The position numbers were made by a program, and so were the translations under genes. DNA of 49,246 nucleotides. Origin: an uncultured Gammaproteobacteria bacterium. GTDB lineage: Bacteria; Patescibacteriota; Patescibacteriia; Patescibacteriales; UBA12465. This document shows, piece after piece, positions 1 through 7,927 of the stretch. Numbering within the stretch: the stretch's first letter is position 1; every line of letters begins with the position of its first letter. A model generated the notes under the pieces. The model made no database searches. It was given only the letters and a program-made list of their open reading frames with translations, and was not told the DNA's origin. The stretch covers positions 1 to 49,246 of the forward strand of contig CAYHCB010000008.1 in NCBI GenBank assembly GCA_964355275.1, read 5' to 3'.

Positions 1-1
1 A

Positions 2-343
2 GTTAAATTGATTTGGACTGTTGATGCTAAAAAAGCTTTAGAATTTGCTAAGAATTATCGCCCATCCATTGATTTACTGTTAGTGAATATAAATTGGGGA
101 GGAAAAGGCTCTTTTTATTATTTACCAGCACAAAGTCAATTAAAGGTTTATGAAAAACTAGGTATTGATAAATATTTTAAATTACCAAAACCAGGGACAA
201 ATCCAAGAGGGGTGGAAATTACCAAAGAAGCTTTAGAATTAATAGCAAAAGATGAAGATTCAAAAATAATCGAAATAGATTGGGTAAGAGGGGACATGAG
301 TTGTGACGTATATGATAGGTGGGTTGATCTGTGGAGAGAATAA
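2..343 (+). CDS. hypothetical protein, probably 5'-truncated by the window edge
   Basis: The frame is open from nt 2 (gtt aaa ttg...), so the TTG at 8 in the ORF track is likely internal. Stop at 341-343 is followed by a hairpin terminator. No family recognised. Confidence 0.5.
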   Translation, partial: VKLIWTVDAKKALEFAKNYRPSIDLLLVNINWGGKGSFYYLPAQSQLKVYEKLGIDKYFKLPKPGTNPRGVEITKEALELIAKDEDSKIIEIDWVRGDMSCDVYDRWVDLWRE

Positions 344-354
344 TTTTTATTAAT

Positions 355-386
355 AAAAAAGACTATGTTGTACATAGTCTTTTTTA
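355..386. terminator. bidirectional intrinsic terminator between convergent genes
   Basis: A-run, then an 8-bp stem gactatgt/acatagtc (361-379) with a 3-nt loop, then a T-run. Confidence 0.7.
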
Positions 387-824
387 TCTTCTAGTTTTTT
401 CAGTTTCAAAGTGTTTTTGAGTTATTGCAACTATGTAAATTATTTTATTTATTTCATTGATAAAATAAAACATTCTTGAAGTTCCCTGTAGCATATGTTC
501 ATATAATTCGACGTCATCATGAAGTCCGTTAAAAAGCTTTTTGTATTCGCCAGCATGTTTTATTGGCTTAGAAGATATACCGTTGCTATTAAAATCTTTA
601 AATTCAATTATATCCTGGCTAATCTTTCTTAAGGAATGCAGAACCTTCACGGGGCAATTTTTTGGTAATAAATCTACTTCGCAAAGTTTTTTATTGTATT
701 TTTGGTATGATATTAGAAATGGTTTAATCTCTGGTTCATCCTCAGTCTTTAATTCAGATATACTATCAGGCAGCATTCCCTTTTCTTTTATAATACTATA
801 GTCCTCTGTTTCTGGTAAACTCAT
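384..824 (-). CDS. candidate toxin: RelE/ParE/HigB-like C-terminal domain with an acidic N-terminal extension of about 35 aa
   Basis: Its ATG overlaps the upstream gene's TGA (ATGA at 821-824). The C-terminal string KKLFNGLHDDVELYEHMLQGTSRMFYFINEINKIIYIVAITQKH resembles the RelE/ParE beta-sheet core. PFLISYQKY...LHSLRKISQDIIEF resembles the N-terminal strand and helices. Confidence 0.5.
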   Translation of the reverse strand: MSLPETEDYSIIKEKGMLPDSISELKTEDEPEIKPFLISYQKYNKKLCEVDLLPKNCPVKVLHSLRKISQDIIEFKDFNSNGISSKPIKHAGEYKKLFNGLHDDVELYEHMLQGTSRMFYFINEINKIIYIVAITQKHFETEKTRR

Positions 825-1303
825 TTTTTTAGCAATTCTGAATAATAATTTGCCATTGATTCTAGGCTAATTTCTACGTTAGAACTATCTGATGGACACA
901 TTCCTAGTCTCGCCTCTTTCCAAGGGGTTTCATTATGGGTTAGAAGCTCTAAATAAGATGCATCATGTTTACCATACACTCTCCAAATCTCTTCTAAGAA
1001 TTTCTTTGTCTCACCGGCAACCTTTTTTATATTTTCAGAAGAATCATTTTTTGTAATTGGCGAAAAACCAAGATGTCTGAACTCTAAATAAACGCTCCTA
1101 ATAGCTGGTCCATGAACCCACGCTTCAATCTTATCCTTAAACAAAGGTTTATTGGTTAAAGCCATGCTCCAGGCCTGCGAGTAATATAAAAGTTTTTGTA
1201 GCTTCTTATTGGTTATGGGCGTCTTACCTTCAACACCCTTTTCAATAAAAAAATTTACCACAGAACTAATTGGTAATTTAGTGAAAGATTTAGTCTTTTG
1301 CAT
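821..1303 (-). CDS. Panacea-domain (DUF4065, SocA/GepA-like) antitoxin candidate
   Basis: Hallmark DUF4065 string: ITNKKLQKLLYYSQAWSMALTNKPLFKDKIEAWVHGPAIRSVYLEFRHLG. It sits upstream of, and overlaps by 4 nt, the 146-aa ORF. Confidence 0.8.
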   Translation of the reverse strand: MQKTKSFTKLPISSVVNFFIEKGVEGKTPITNKKLQKLLYYSQAWSMALTNKPLFKDKIEAWVHGPAIRSVYLEFRHLGFSPITKNDSSENIKKVAGETKKFLEEIWRVYGKHDASYLELLTHNETPWKEARLGMCPSDSSNVEISLESMANYYSELLKK

Positions 1304-1589
1304 ATTTTTAGGCTATATTAAACAATAATTTGCTTTTTTAGCTTCTAATTTATTATATCACATATTACATGACAGTGTATAATATCAAAGTAGTTGCCAA
1401 ATGGCAATAATTAATAGCGTCCCCCTATATTGTTATGTTCGAATTGTGACCTATCTGGTGTCAGAAAGATGATAGGCGTTGTATAATTTATTTTATTTTG
1501 ATAACGATTGATAAACATTAAAACCCTTATTTAATAATGCTTAAATCATTTTTAACCTTTATTTACTGGTCTTACTCTAATTTAGTAGA

Positions 1590-1637
1590 GTGGGTTGTGG
1601 TCCTGTTATCGAGAGTTCAATTCTCTCTGGGCACCCA
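1590..1637 (+). other. orphan tRNA-like 3' fragment (T-arm plus acceptor 3' strand, CCA-like end); no matching 5' half
   Basis: gagag-ttcaatt-ctctc (1611-1627) is a canonical T-stem and T-loop, followed by tgggcac-c-ca. I found no complementary gtgccca acceptor strand or D-arm upstream. Confidence 0.4.
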
Positions 1638-1645
1638 TAAAGAAT

Positions 1646-1670
1646 AACTCCTGTTTTAGGAGTTTTTTTG
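1646..1670 (+). terminator. intrinsic terminator directly after the tRNA-like fragment
   Basis: Stem aactcct/aggagtt with loop gtttt, then a T7 run. Confidence 0.7.
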
Positions 1671-1700
1671 TTTTATAACCATAGGGGGGGGCTGAGCTAG

Positions 1701-1729
1701 TTGACAAAATGATTCATTTATGTTATAAT
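1701..1729 (+). promoter_or_regulatory. consensus sigma70 promoter (TTGACA-N17-TATAAT)
   Basis: TTGACA at 1701-1706, a 17-nt spacer, TATAAT at 1724-1729. A G8 tract lies 10 nt upstream. Confidence 0.7.
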
Positions 1730-1800
1730 ATTTTTATTACACTGAGTAACGCTGAAAATCAGATTCAAAGAGAGTAGGCACTTTAAAAACTAAAAACATC

Positions 1801-2547
1801 ATGAAAAACAACAAAATGAAAAAGGCTATTGTAGCCACAATGATTGCAACCATGCTCTATGCAATGTACCTTTGGGTTTTGCAAAACGTTAACGGCCCTC
1901 AGGTTGAAACTACTGTCACATTTTTCGTATCCAGTTGGCTACAGTTACCGTTAAATTTTTCAGTATCGCCTTGGTGGAACCTAATGATTTCTCTTTTTGT
2001 CATTATGACTCTTGCTTATTTCTTCAATCAAGAAGCCATTATCGGCAAAGAACCACGCGGCGCCGCTTCTTCATCTGGCTATAAATATTATACACGTCAG
2101 CACGTGTTTTTAGTTAATAGCATCTCACTTTTTATGGCAGTTGCTTTCATGATTTTAGCCGCTTTTATTTCGCCAATCTTAGAAGATGAGCTAGTTCTTT
2201 TGGGACCGTTATCAGCTCTTGTTGATGCTGTAATAATTTGGTTTGTGTGTTATATCGGCTTCGCAGTTTGGATTGAAGCCCTTATGTGTTTTGTCGGTTG
2301 GAATACAATTGCCGATGAAATGAATCAAATCGAAGTTACTCACCTAAGTCTAATTGATAGGTATCAGGTAACTATGGCGAGCTTCGTTAAAATAGGAGTA
2401 ATAAAAACCCTTCCGTTTACTATTGGAATGACACTCGGCTTCCTATTAAGAATTTCTTATGAAAAAATCATTTCTTTTCTGAAAGAAATAATTTCTTTTC
2501 TTAAGCCAATTAAGATTTCTTATAATAAAGAAGCCAACAAAATATAA
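1801..2547 (+). CDS. polytopic membrane protein, unknown family
   Basis: Multiple hydrophobic segments. It has its own consensus promoter and terminator. There is a short internal duplication, ISFLKEIISFLKP, near the C-terminus. Confidence 0.7.
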   Translation: MKNNKMKKAIVATMIATMLYAMYLWVLQNVNGPQVETTVTFFVSSWLQLPLNFSVSPWWNLMISLFVIMTLAYFFNQEAIIGKEPRGAASSSGYKYYTRQHVFLVNSISLFMAVAFMILAAFISPILEDELVLLGPLSALVDAVIIWFVCYIGFAVWIEALMCFVGWNTIADEMNQIEVTHLSLIDRYQVTMASFVKIGVIKTLPFTIGMTLGFLLRISYEKIISFLKEIISFLKPIKISYNKEANKI

Positions 2548-2565
2548 CCTTAATTGGTGTATAGC

Positions 2566-2594
2566 GCTCCGAACTAAAAATTCGGAGCTTTTTT
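2566..2594 (+). terminator. intrinsic terminator
   Basis: Stem gctccgaa/ttcggagc with a 7-nt loop, then T6. Confidence 0.75.
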
Positions 2595-2644
2595 ATTAAA
2601 ATTAACTTTTATGTTAATATTTAAAGGTAATAAGTAATTATCAT

Positions 2645-3349
2645 ATGAAAGAAAACGCTAATAAAATTTTTAAACCAGATAAGGTCGCAAAAATAATTGT
2701 AAATTATTGCCTTTCTTTAAATAAAAGTTTTATTTTTATTTCTGGAAATGGGGGTGCTGGAAAAACGGAATTAAGTAATATTATATATAAGGAGGCAAGC
2801 AAATATGGACACGCCAATATTTTAAGTACTGATGATTTTATTGTTGACACTAAACTAAGACATGCAGCGCAAGCAACTTGGAGTGATAATGAAAAAGGAT
2901 TACAAACTGGAAAATATACAAGCTCATTAAAGGGGTCATATTTTTTACAAAGCATAAAAGCGATAATATACAACATTGAGAAAGGAAACGATTATTATCA
3001 TTGGCCTAAAAAAGCCCGCGAGACTAAAGATTGCCGCTTACTTTACGGTGATGCCGTTTTAACAATCGTTGAGGGGGTTGGTTCAGTTTTTTTAGATAAG
3101 TATGAAAATAACTCTATCGGTATATTTATGAAGTGTGGCGAAGAAATAGAAATTGCTCGAAGAATTAAAAGGGGTGGTTTTATTAACAAAGAAGAGGAGG
3201 CTGAAGTATATAAAAAATTTACCGAAAGAAATAGTCAATATAAAGTAAATATCGAGCCGCATAAAAAAGAATTTAAAATTGTAGTTGAGAGCTTAGAAAA
3301 TCATTTTATAGCTATTATACGAGATGATAATGCTATTTTTAGTAATTAA
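2645..3349 (+). CDS. P-loop kinase, uridine kinase/phosphoribulokinase-like family
   Basis: Walker A ISGNGGAGKTELS, then STDDF, VLTIVEGVG and IARRIKRG blocks in the order typical of Udk/PRK-family kinases. Confidence 0.65.
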   Translation: MKENANKIFKPDKVAKIIVNYCLSLNKSFIFISGNGGAGKTELSNIIYKEASKYGHANILSTDDFIVDTKLRHAAQATWSDNEKGLQTGKYTSSLKGSYFLQSIKAIIYNIEKGNDYYHWPKKARETKDCRLLYGDAVLTIVEGVGSVFLDKYENNSIGIFMKCGEEIEIARRIKRGGFINKEEEAEVYKKFTERNSQYKVNIEPHKKEFKIVVESLENHFIAIIRDDNAIFSN

Positions 3350-3367
3350 AAAGATAATTAAAAATAT

Positions 3368-3949
3368 ATGAAAACTCTGATAGTTTATGCGCACCCAAAA
3401 CATGAGGGGCATCACGCTTATTTTTTAGAAGAACTTATTTTAGTTTTAGAAAATAAAAAAATAGAGTATGAATTATTAGATTTATACGCTTTAAATTTTG
3501 ACCCAATTTTAAAATCAGAAGAACTTGTTAGGCAAAAAGATAGTGATGTAAATTTAGAAGTAAAAGATTTTAAGCTTAAAGTGGCTGAAGCAGAAAGATT
3601 AATTTTTATTTTTCCAACCTGGTGGCAAAGTATGCCAGCTATTTTAAAAGGATTTTTTGATCGAGTCTTTTCAGCTGGTTTTGCTTTTAAATATAAAAAT
3701 GGTTTTCCGGTTGGTTTGTTAAAAGGAAAAAGAGCAGCTGTTTTTTCAGCTACCGGTGGGCCTAAAATTATAAACAAATTATTGTTTGGCAATAAATCAA
3801 TGAAGGTTATTGTAAATGATACCTTAAAATTTTGTGGCATCAAGGCTCGCGGTTTTTCAGTTGGCTCGGCAATTAAATTTAATGATAATCAAAAAATAAA
3901 AATTTTAAAAGAAGTAAATAAGTTAGCTAAATATTTGTATAAAAAATAA
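3368..3949 (+). CDS. flavodoxin-like fold NAD(P)H (quinone) oxidoreductase family protein
   Basis: MKTLIVYAHP start and FIFPTWWQSMPAILKGFFDRVF motif, typical of the Flavodoxin_2/KefF/general stress protein 14 family. Confidence 0.75.
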   Translation: MKTLIVYAHPKHEGHHAYFLEELILVLENKKIEYELLDLYALNFDPILKSEELVRQKDSDVNLEVKDFKLKVAEAERLIFIFPTWWQSMPAILKGFFDRVFSAGFAFKYKNGFPVGLLKGKRAAVFSATGGPKIINKLLFGNKSMKVIVNDTLKFCGIKARGFSVGSAIKFNDNQKIKILKEVNKLAKYLYKK

Positions 3950-3965
3950 TTTATTTATTAGCCAG

Positions 3966-3997
3966 AAAAAAAGAAGCTAAGTTAGCTTCTTTTTTTA
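3966..3997. terminator. bidirectional intrinsic terminator
   Basis: A-run, 8-bp stem agaagcta/tagcttct, T-run. Lies between convergent genes. Confidence 0.75.
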
Positions 3998-4027
3998 TTT
4001 ATATTTTTATTATTTAAACTAAATATT

Positions 4028-4684
4028 TTATTTTATTAGTTTAGCTGAGATAGAAAAATTGTAGTCAATATTATCTTTAATAGCTTGGTCGCCTAAATTA
4101 TCAAAGAATTTATTAGAACCAAATTTTATATCCCAAAGGGTGCGATCAATAGAAAAATTTCCCGTTAAAGTAACCAGACCATCAGAATTGATTGTATTAG
4201 CATCAAAAGTGATTTGGTTAGTTTTGTCTTTAATTGTTAGATTGCCAGAAATTTCATATTGACTAGGGCTGTCGTTCTTTTGAATAATTTTAGTTAATTC
4301 AATTTTAGATTCTGGAAATTTTTCAACATCAAAAAAATCCACACCCTTTAAATGTTTAATTAATGGCTCGGTATTTTTGTTGTCCGAGATTGTTGTCATA
4401 TCAACAAGAATGGAGCCATTATTTGTGTCATTATTAAAAGAGATTTCTCCACCTTTAATTTTTACGTTTCCATCATGTGAATTGCCAATAAATTTTTCAG
4501 CATGCCAATTTAATTGGCTATTTTCGGAGTCAATTAAATATTTTCCGGAGACAATCGGTGTTACCTCCGAGTTGGTATTTTTTGTTTCGTTGTCGTTTTT
4601 AGTTTCTTCGTTTATTTTATTTGTTCCACAGGCACTAAAAATTAAAGCACCCGCTAATAGTAAAATTGGTAAATATTTTTTCAT
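4028..4684 (-). CDS. YceI-like lipoprotein (polyisoprenoid-binding family)
   Basis: Lipobox LIFSAC-G at the N-terminus. YLIDSENSQLNWHAEKFIGNSHDGNVKIKGG and LTIKDKTNQITFD resemble the YceI beta-barrel family. Confidence 0.75.
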   Translation of the reverse strand: MKKYLPILLLAGALIFSACGTNKINEETKNDNETKNTNSEVTPIVSGKYLIDSENSQLNWHAEKFIGNSHDGNVKIKGGEISFNNDTNNGSILVDMTTISDNKNTEPLIKHLKGVDFFDVEKFPESKIELTKIIQKNDSPSQYEISGNLTIKDKTNQITFDANTINSDGLVTLTGNFSIDRTLWDIKFGSNKFFDNLGDQAIKDNIDYNFSISAKLIK

Positions 4685-4783
4685 ATACTTGATTAAAATT
4701 AATAATGCTTACATAATATATTAAACAGTGACTATGAACAAGTACGCACAATTAAGTTATATACATACTAAAAAGATACTAAT

Positions 4784-5128
4784 ATGAAAAATACTGGTTT
4801 ATTAGACAGTAAATTTAAATGCCACGCTAACATTCAAATAACTCTAAATGTTATTGGTGGTAAATGGAAGCCCATTATTCTTTGGCATTTACTGGAAGAA
4901 AAAAAGCGTTTTAGTGAATTACAGCGAGGTATTAGCGGAATTTCTCAAAAAATTTTAACTTCCCAATTAAGGGAATTAGAAAGAGATTTAATTATCCATC
5001 GTGAAGTATACAAACAAATACCCCCAAAAGTAGAATATTGGATTACCGCTTATGGTAAAACACTGCAACCAATTTTAGAAAGTATTGGTGGGTGGGGCGA
5101 AAAACACCGAAATAATAAAAATTTTTAA
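4784..5128 (+). CDS. HxlR-family winged-helix transcriptional regulator
   Basis: LNVIGGKWKPIILWHLLEEKKRFSELQRGISGISQKILTSQLRELERDLIIHREVY...PPKVEYWIT is the canonical HxlR pattern. It is divergent from the yceI-like gene. Confidence 0.85.
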   Translation: MKNTGLLDSKFKCHANIQITLNVIGGKWKPIILWHLLEEKKRFSELQRGISGISQKILTSQLRELERDLIIHREVYKQIPPKVEYWITAYGKTLQPILESIGGWGEKHRNNKNF

Positions 5129-5169
5129 AATAGCTTATTAATAATGATTAGTCACAAAAGGTATTAAAA

Positions 5170-5198
5170 AAGACAACTGCCTACTAATTTGTTATAAT
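5170..5198 (+). promoter_or_regulatory. extended -10 promoter candidate for the Fe-S protein gene
   Basis: TGtTATAAT at 5190-5198, with aagaca at the -35 position. Confidence 0.45.
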
Positions 5199-5247
5199 TT
5201 TCATAAAGGGATTTTAGATAAAAAAAGAAAATAAATAATTATTTTAT

Positions 5248-6519
5248 ATGGGACACGTTACTTCAAAAAACTATTTTCAATTACAAAAACGTTTAGACAT
5301 GAATGCTCAAGGAGCGCCAGCCTCAGAAACTTTATATAAAATTTTAGAAATTTTATTTTCTGAAGAAGAGGCAATTAAGGTTTCTAGCTTACCAATTAAA
5401 CCATTTGTTTTAGAGGAGGCCTCTAGACGGTGGAACCTTTCAATTGAGGATACAAAGAAGATTCTAGATGAATTAGCTGATAAGGGGCTTTTATTAGATA
5501 TGAATAATGATGGAATTCAGGTTTATGTTTTAGCACCAACAATGGCCGGTTTTTTTGAATTTGCTTTAATGCGTACTGATGGCCGTTTTGACCGTAAAGT
5601 TTTGTCGGAACTTTTTTATCATTATATTAATGAAGAAGATGATTTTGTAGAAAAAGCGTTAATGCAGAGAACCCCAATTGCCAGGACTATGGTTCATGAA
5701 CACACGATTCAAAATAAAGATCAGTCGGTAGTTTTAGATTACGAAAGGGCTACCCATATAATAAATTCCGCCAGCCGCATTACTCTAGGAACCTGTTATT
5801 GTCGTCATAAAATGGAACATGTTGGTAAAGCTTGCGACGCCCCACAAGATGTTTGTTTAACTTTTAATTCGGCGGCAGAAAGCTTATCAAAGCACAAGAT
5901 AGCTAAAGAAATTACTAAAGAGGAGGCTTTAGCTGTTTTAGATAAATGTGTTTCTTACGGTTTAGTCCAGATTGGCGATAATGTTCAAAATGAGGTTAAT
6001 TGGATGTGTAACTGTTGCAGTTGTTGTTGCGAGGCTTTACTGGCTTATAAAAAATTAGGCTATAGAAAAAAAATAAATAGTAATTTTGTTGCCCAAGTCG
6101 ATAATGAAAAATGTGTTGGCTGTGGAATTTGTGCAAGTAAGTGCCCGGTTGGAGCTATTACAATGATAAACAAAAAGGCCATAGTAAATAAAGAAATTTG
6201 CATAGGTTGTGGCGTCTGTCATCGTTTTTGTAACCCTAAAGCTATTTCAATCGAACGTCGAAAAAAACTAGAAATAGTTCCACTAGATAGTTTTGAGCGT
6301 TGTGTTATAAATGCTATTGAAACAAATAAATTGCAAAATTATATTTTTGATAACTACGATTTATGGACCAATGAGTTACTTAGAAATTTAGTTGGTGTGC
6401 TTTTTAAACTTAGTCCGGCTAAATTTTTAATAGCTAATAATCAGATTAAATCCCGTTTTTTAAGCGTCTTGAGAAAATCTTGGAAGAGTAAACTTTTCAG
6501 TGATTTATATAAAAATTAG
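5248..6519 (+). CDS. 4Fe-4S dicluster domain-containing protein with Cys-rich central region
   Basis: Two ferredoxin motifs, CVGCGICASKCP and CIGCGVCHRFCNP, plus CYCRHK...CNCCSCCC Cys clusters. Confidence 0.75.
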   Translation: MGHVTSKNYFQLQKRLDMNAQGAPASETLYKILEILFSEEEAIKVSSLPIKPFVLEEASRRWNLSIEDTKKILDELADKGLLLDMNNDGIQVYVLAPTMAGFFEFALMRTDGRFDRKVLSELFYHYINEEDDFVEKALMQRTPIARTMVHEHTIQNKDQSVVLDYERATHIINSASRITLGTCYCRHKMEHVGKACDAPQDVCLTFNSAAESLSKHKIAKEITKEEALAVLDKCVSYGLVQIGDNVQNEVNWMCNCCSCCCEALLAYKKLGYRKKINSNFVAQVDNEKCVGCGICASKCPVGAITMINKKAIVNKEICIGCGVCHRFCNPKAISIERRKKLEIVPLDSFERCVINAIETNKLQNYIFDNYDLWTNELLRNLVGVLFKLSPAKFLIANNQIKSRFLSVLRKSWKSKLFSDLYKN

Positions 6520-6565
6520 TTTTAGAATAATCATTTTAAAACTAGTAAGTCACAATAATAAAGGT

Positions 6566-7015
6566 ATGAAATTAAAAGTAGAGGAGCTAGTTTATGTGAT
6601 CCCTGAACCAAGAGATGAGTTAAAAATAAAATCTTTTTTAAAAATTTTAAATGGTGATACCTCTAAATTTAAACTTAAAAATTTTATTATTGCAAAGGGA
6701 GTAGAAAAAATAATTGGTTGTATTAGAACTAAAATTTTAAGTGACGGCACCCTTGAACTATCTAGTTTGGCCGTATTACCAGATTATCGTAACATGGGCA
6801 TCGGCGGTAAACTTATTGAAACTCTGCTGTTGTTTAATAAGAATAGACCAATTTTTCTTTTAACATCTAGTGAAAAAGAAATTTTTTATAAAAAGTTTAA
6901 TTTTATTTTAGTAGAGGCTGATAATTTACCCGGCCTGTTTAAAGAGGAATACCTTAGAATTAAAAATTTACCATTTGCTAAAAATATTAAAGTTATAGCT
7001 ATGGTGCTTAAATAA
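6566..7015 (+). CDS. GNAT-family N-acetyltransferase
   Basis: Motif A: LSSLAVLPDYRNMGIGGKLIETLL. The start was moved to the ATG at 6566 because the 6500 start overlaps the upstream gene and adds a non-protein-like leader. Confidence 0.7.
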   Translation: MKLKVEELVYVIPEPRDELKIKSFLKILNGDTSKFKLKNFIIAKGVEKIIGCIRTKILSDGTLELSSLAVLPDYRNMGIGGKLIETLLLFNKNRPIFLLTSSEKEIFYKKFNFILVEADNLPGLFKEEYLRIKNLPFAKNIKVIAMVLK

Positions 7016-7024
7016 ATAAAAAAT

Positions 7025-7858
7025 ATGTCTGAGAAAGAAATTTTTAATATTAACGGTCAAGAGGATTTAATTTTATTAAACGAAGAGGATGAACGACTTA
7101 GTTCGGAACAAATTTATGATTTAGAGGGCCCGATAGATAATGAGGAGCCCCTGGAAATTCCCGATTTTTTAGAGATAATAAAAGAATTAAGAAATAATGA
7201 TTTAGAGGTTATTGGTGAGAGAGAGCCTTGGAGCGGCGGAGTTTTTGGCCCAATTTTTAGGATAAAAACCAGAAGCATCTCAACTGGCAAAGAACAGTAT
7301 GTTATAGAAAGAACTTTTACTGAAGTTAAAGATATTGAAAGAAGATTTTCTCTAGTTAACAGTAAGGAAAATATATATTTAAACGATTCTGAGCCGAGAT
7401 ATAAAATTGTTAATCACCTAGATCAAGGGAAAGACAAATTAGTTATTGATTATTTATATAACGAAGAGCGGGCTTTACTTGATTTGCAAAAAATAGAAGG
7501 CGTTCCTAAATTTTACGGAGCTGTTTACGATGATTTATTAGGCTCAACTCTAGAAGAATTTATTGATGGCTATGATTTAAGTGAGGTGTTATTGCAAGAA
7601 ACAATAGGAGATGTGAATAATATAATAAGTATTTTAGAAAAAGTAAAAATTATTTATATTAAGGCGGCGGAGCTTGGTTATATCCATGGTGACCCCGTCG
7701 GTTCAACTATTATGGTTGACCGTAAAAATAATCCATACCTTACCGATTGGTATTTATATGCACATGGTTCGTTTACTTCAAATAATGATTTAAATAAAAA
7801 ATATATCAAAGGACTAGAGCAAATAAATGAATTACAAAAAAGAGTGATGGCAGACTAA
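7025..7858 (+). CDS. protein-kinase-like fold protein (RIO/Kdo/APH-like) with acidic N-terminus
   Basis: YIHGDPVGSTIMVD...LTDWYL resembles the HGD catalytic loop plus DFG-equivalent of atypical kinases. The assignment is tentative. Confidence 0.45.
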   Translation: MSEKEIFNINGQEDLILLNEEDERLSSEQIYDLEGPIDNEEPLEIPDFLEIIKELRNNDLEVIGEREPWSGGVFGPIFRIKTRSISTGKEQYVIERTFTEVKDIERRFSLVNSKENIYLNDSEPRYKIVNHLDQGKDKLVIDYLYNEERALLDLQKIEGVPKFYGAVYDDLLGSTLEEFIDGYDLSEVLLQETIGDVNNIISILEKVKIIYIKAAELGYIHGDPVGSTIMVDRKNNPYLTDWYLYAHGSFTSNNDLNKKYIKGLEQINELQKRVMAD

Positions 7859-7898
7859 AGAGTAGATAAAAATCTTCCTTATTTGGGGGGGGTTTTAA

Positions 7899-7927
7899 AA
7901 AAAGCAATTCTTTCGAATTGCTTTTTA
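7899..7927. terminator. bidirectional intrinsic terminator
   Basis: A-run, stem aagcaattc/gaattgctt (7902-7923) with loop tttc, T-run. Confidence 0.7.

Noticed and set aside
2455-2510. A short direct repeat, atttcttttct(g/t)aa(a/g), at the 3' end of the 1801-2547 gene.
   Set aside because: It corresponds to an imperfect in-frame duplication (ISFLKE/IISFLKP) of only about 18 nt. It is noted in the feature evidence but is too short and degenerate to interpret.
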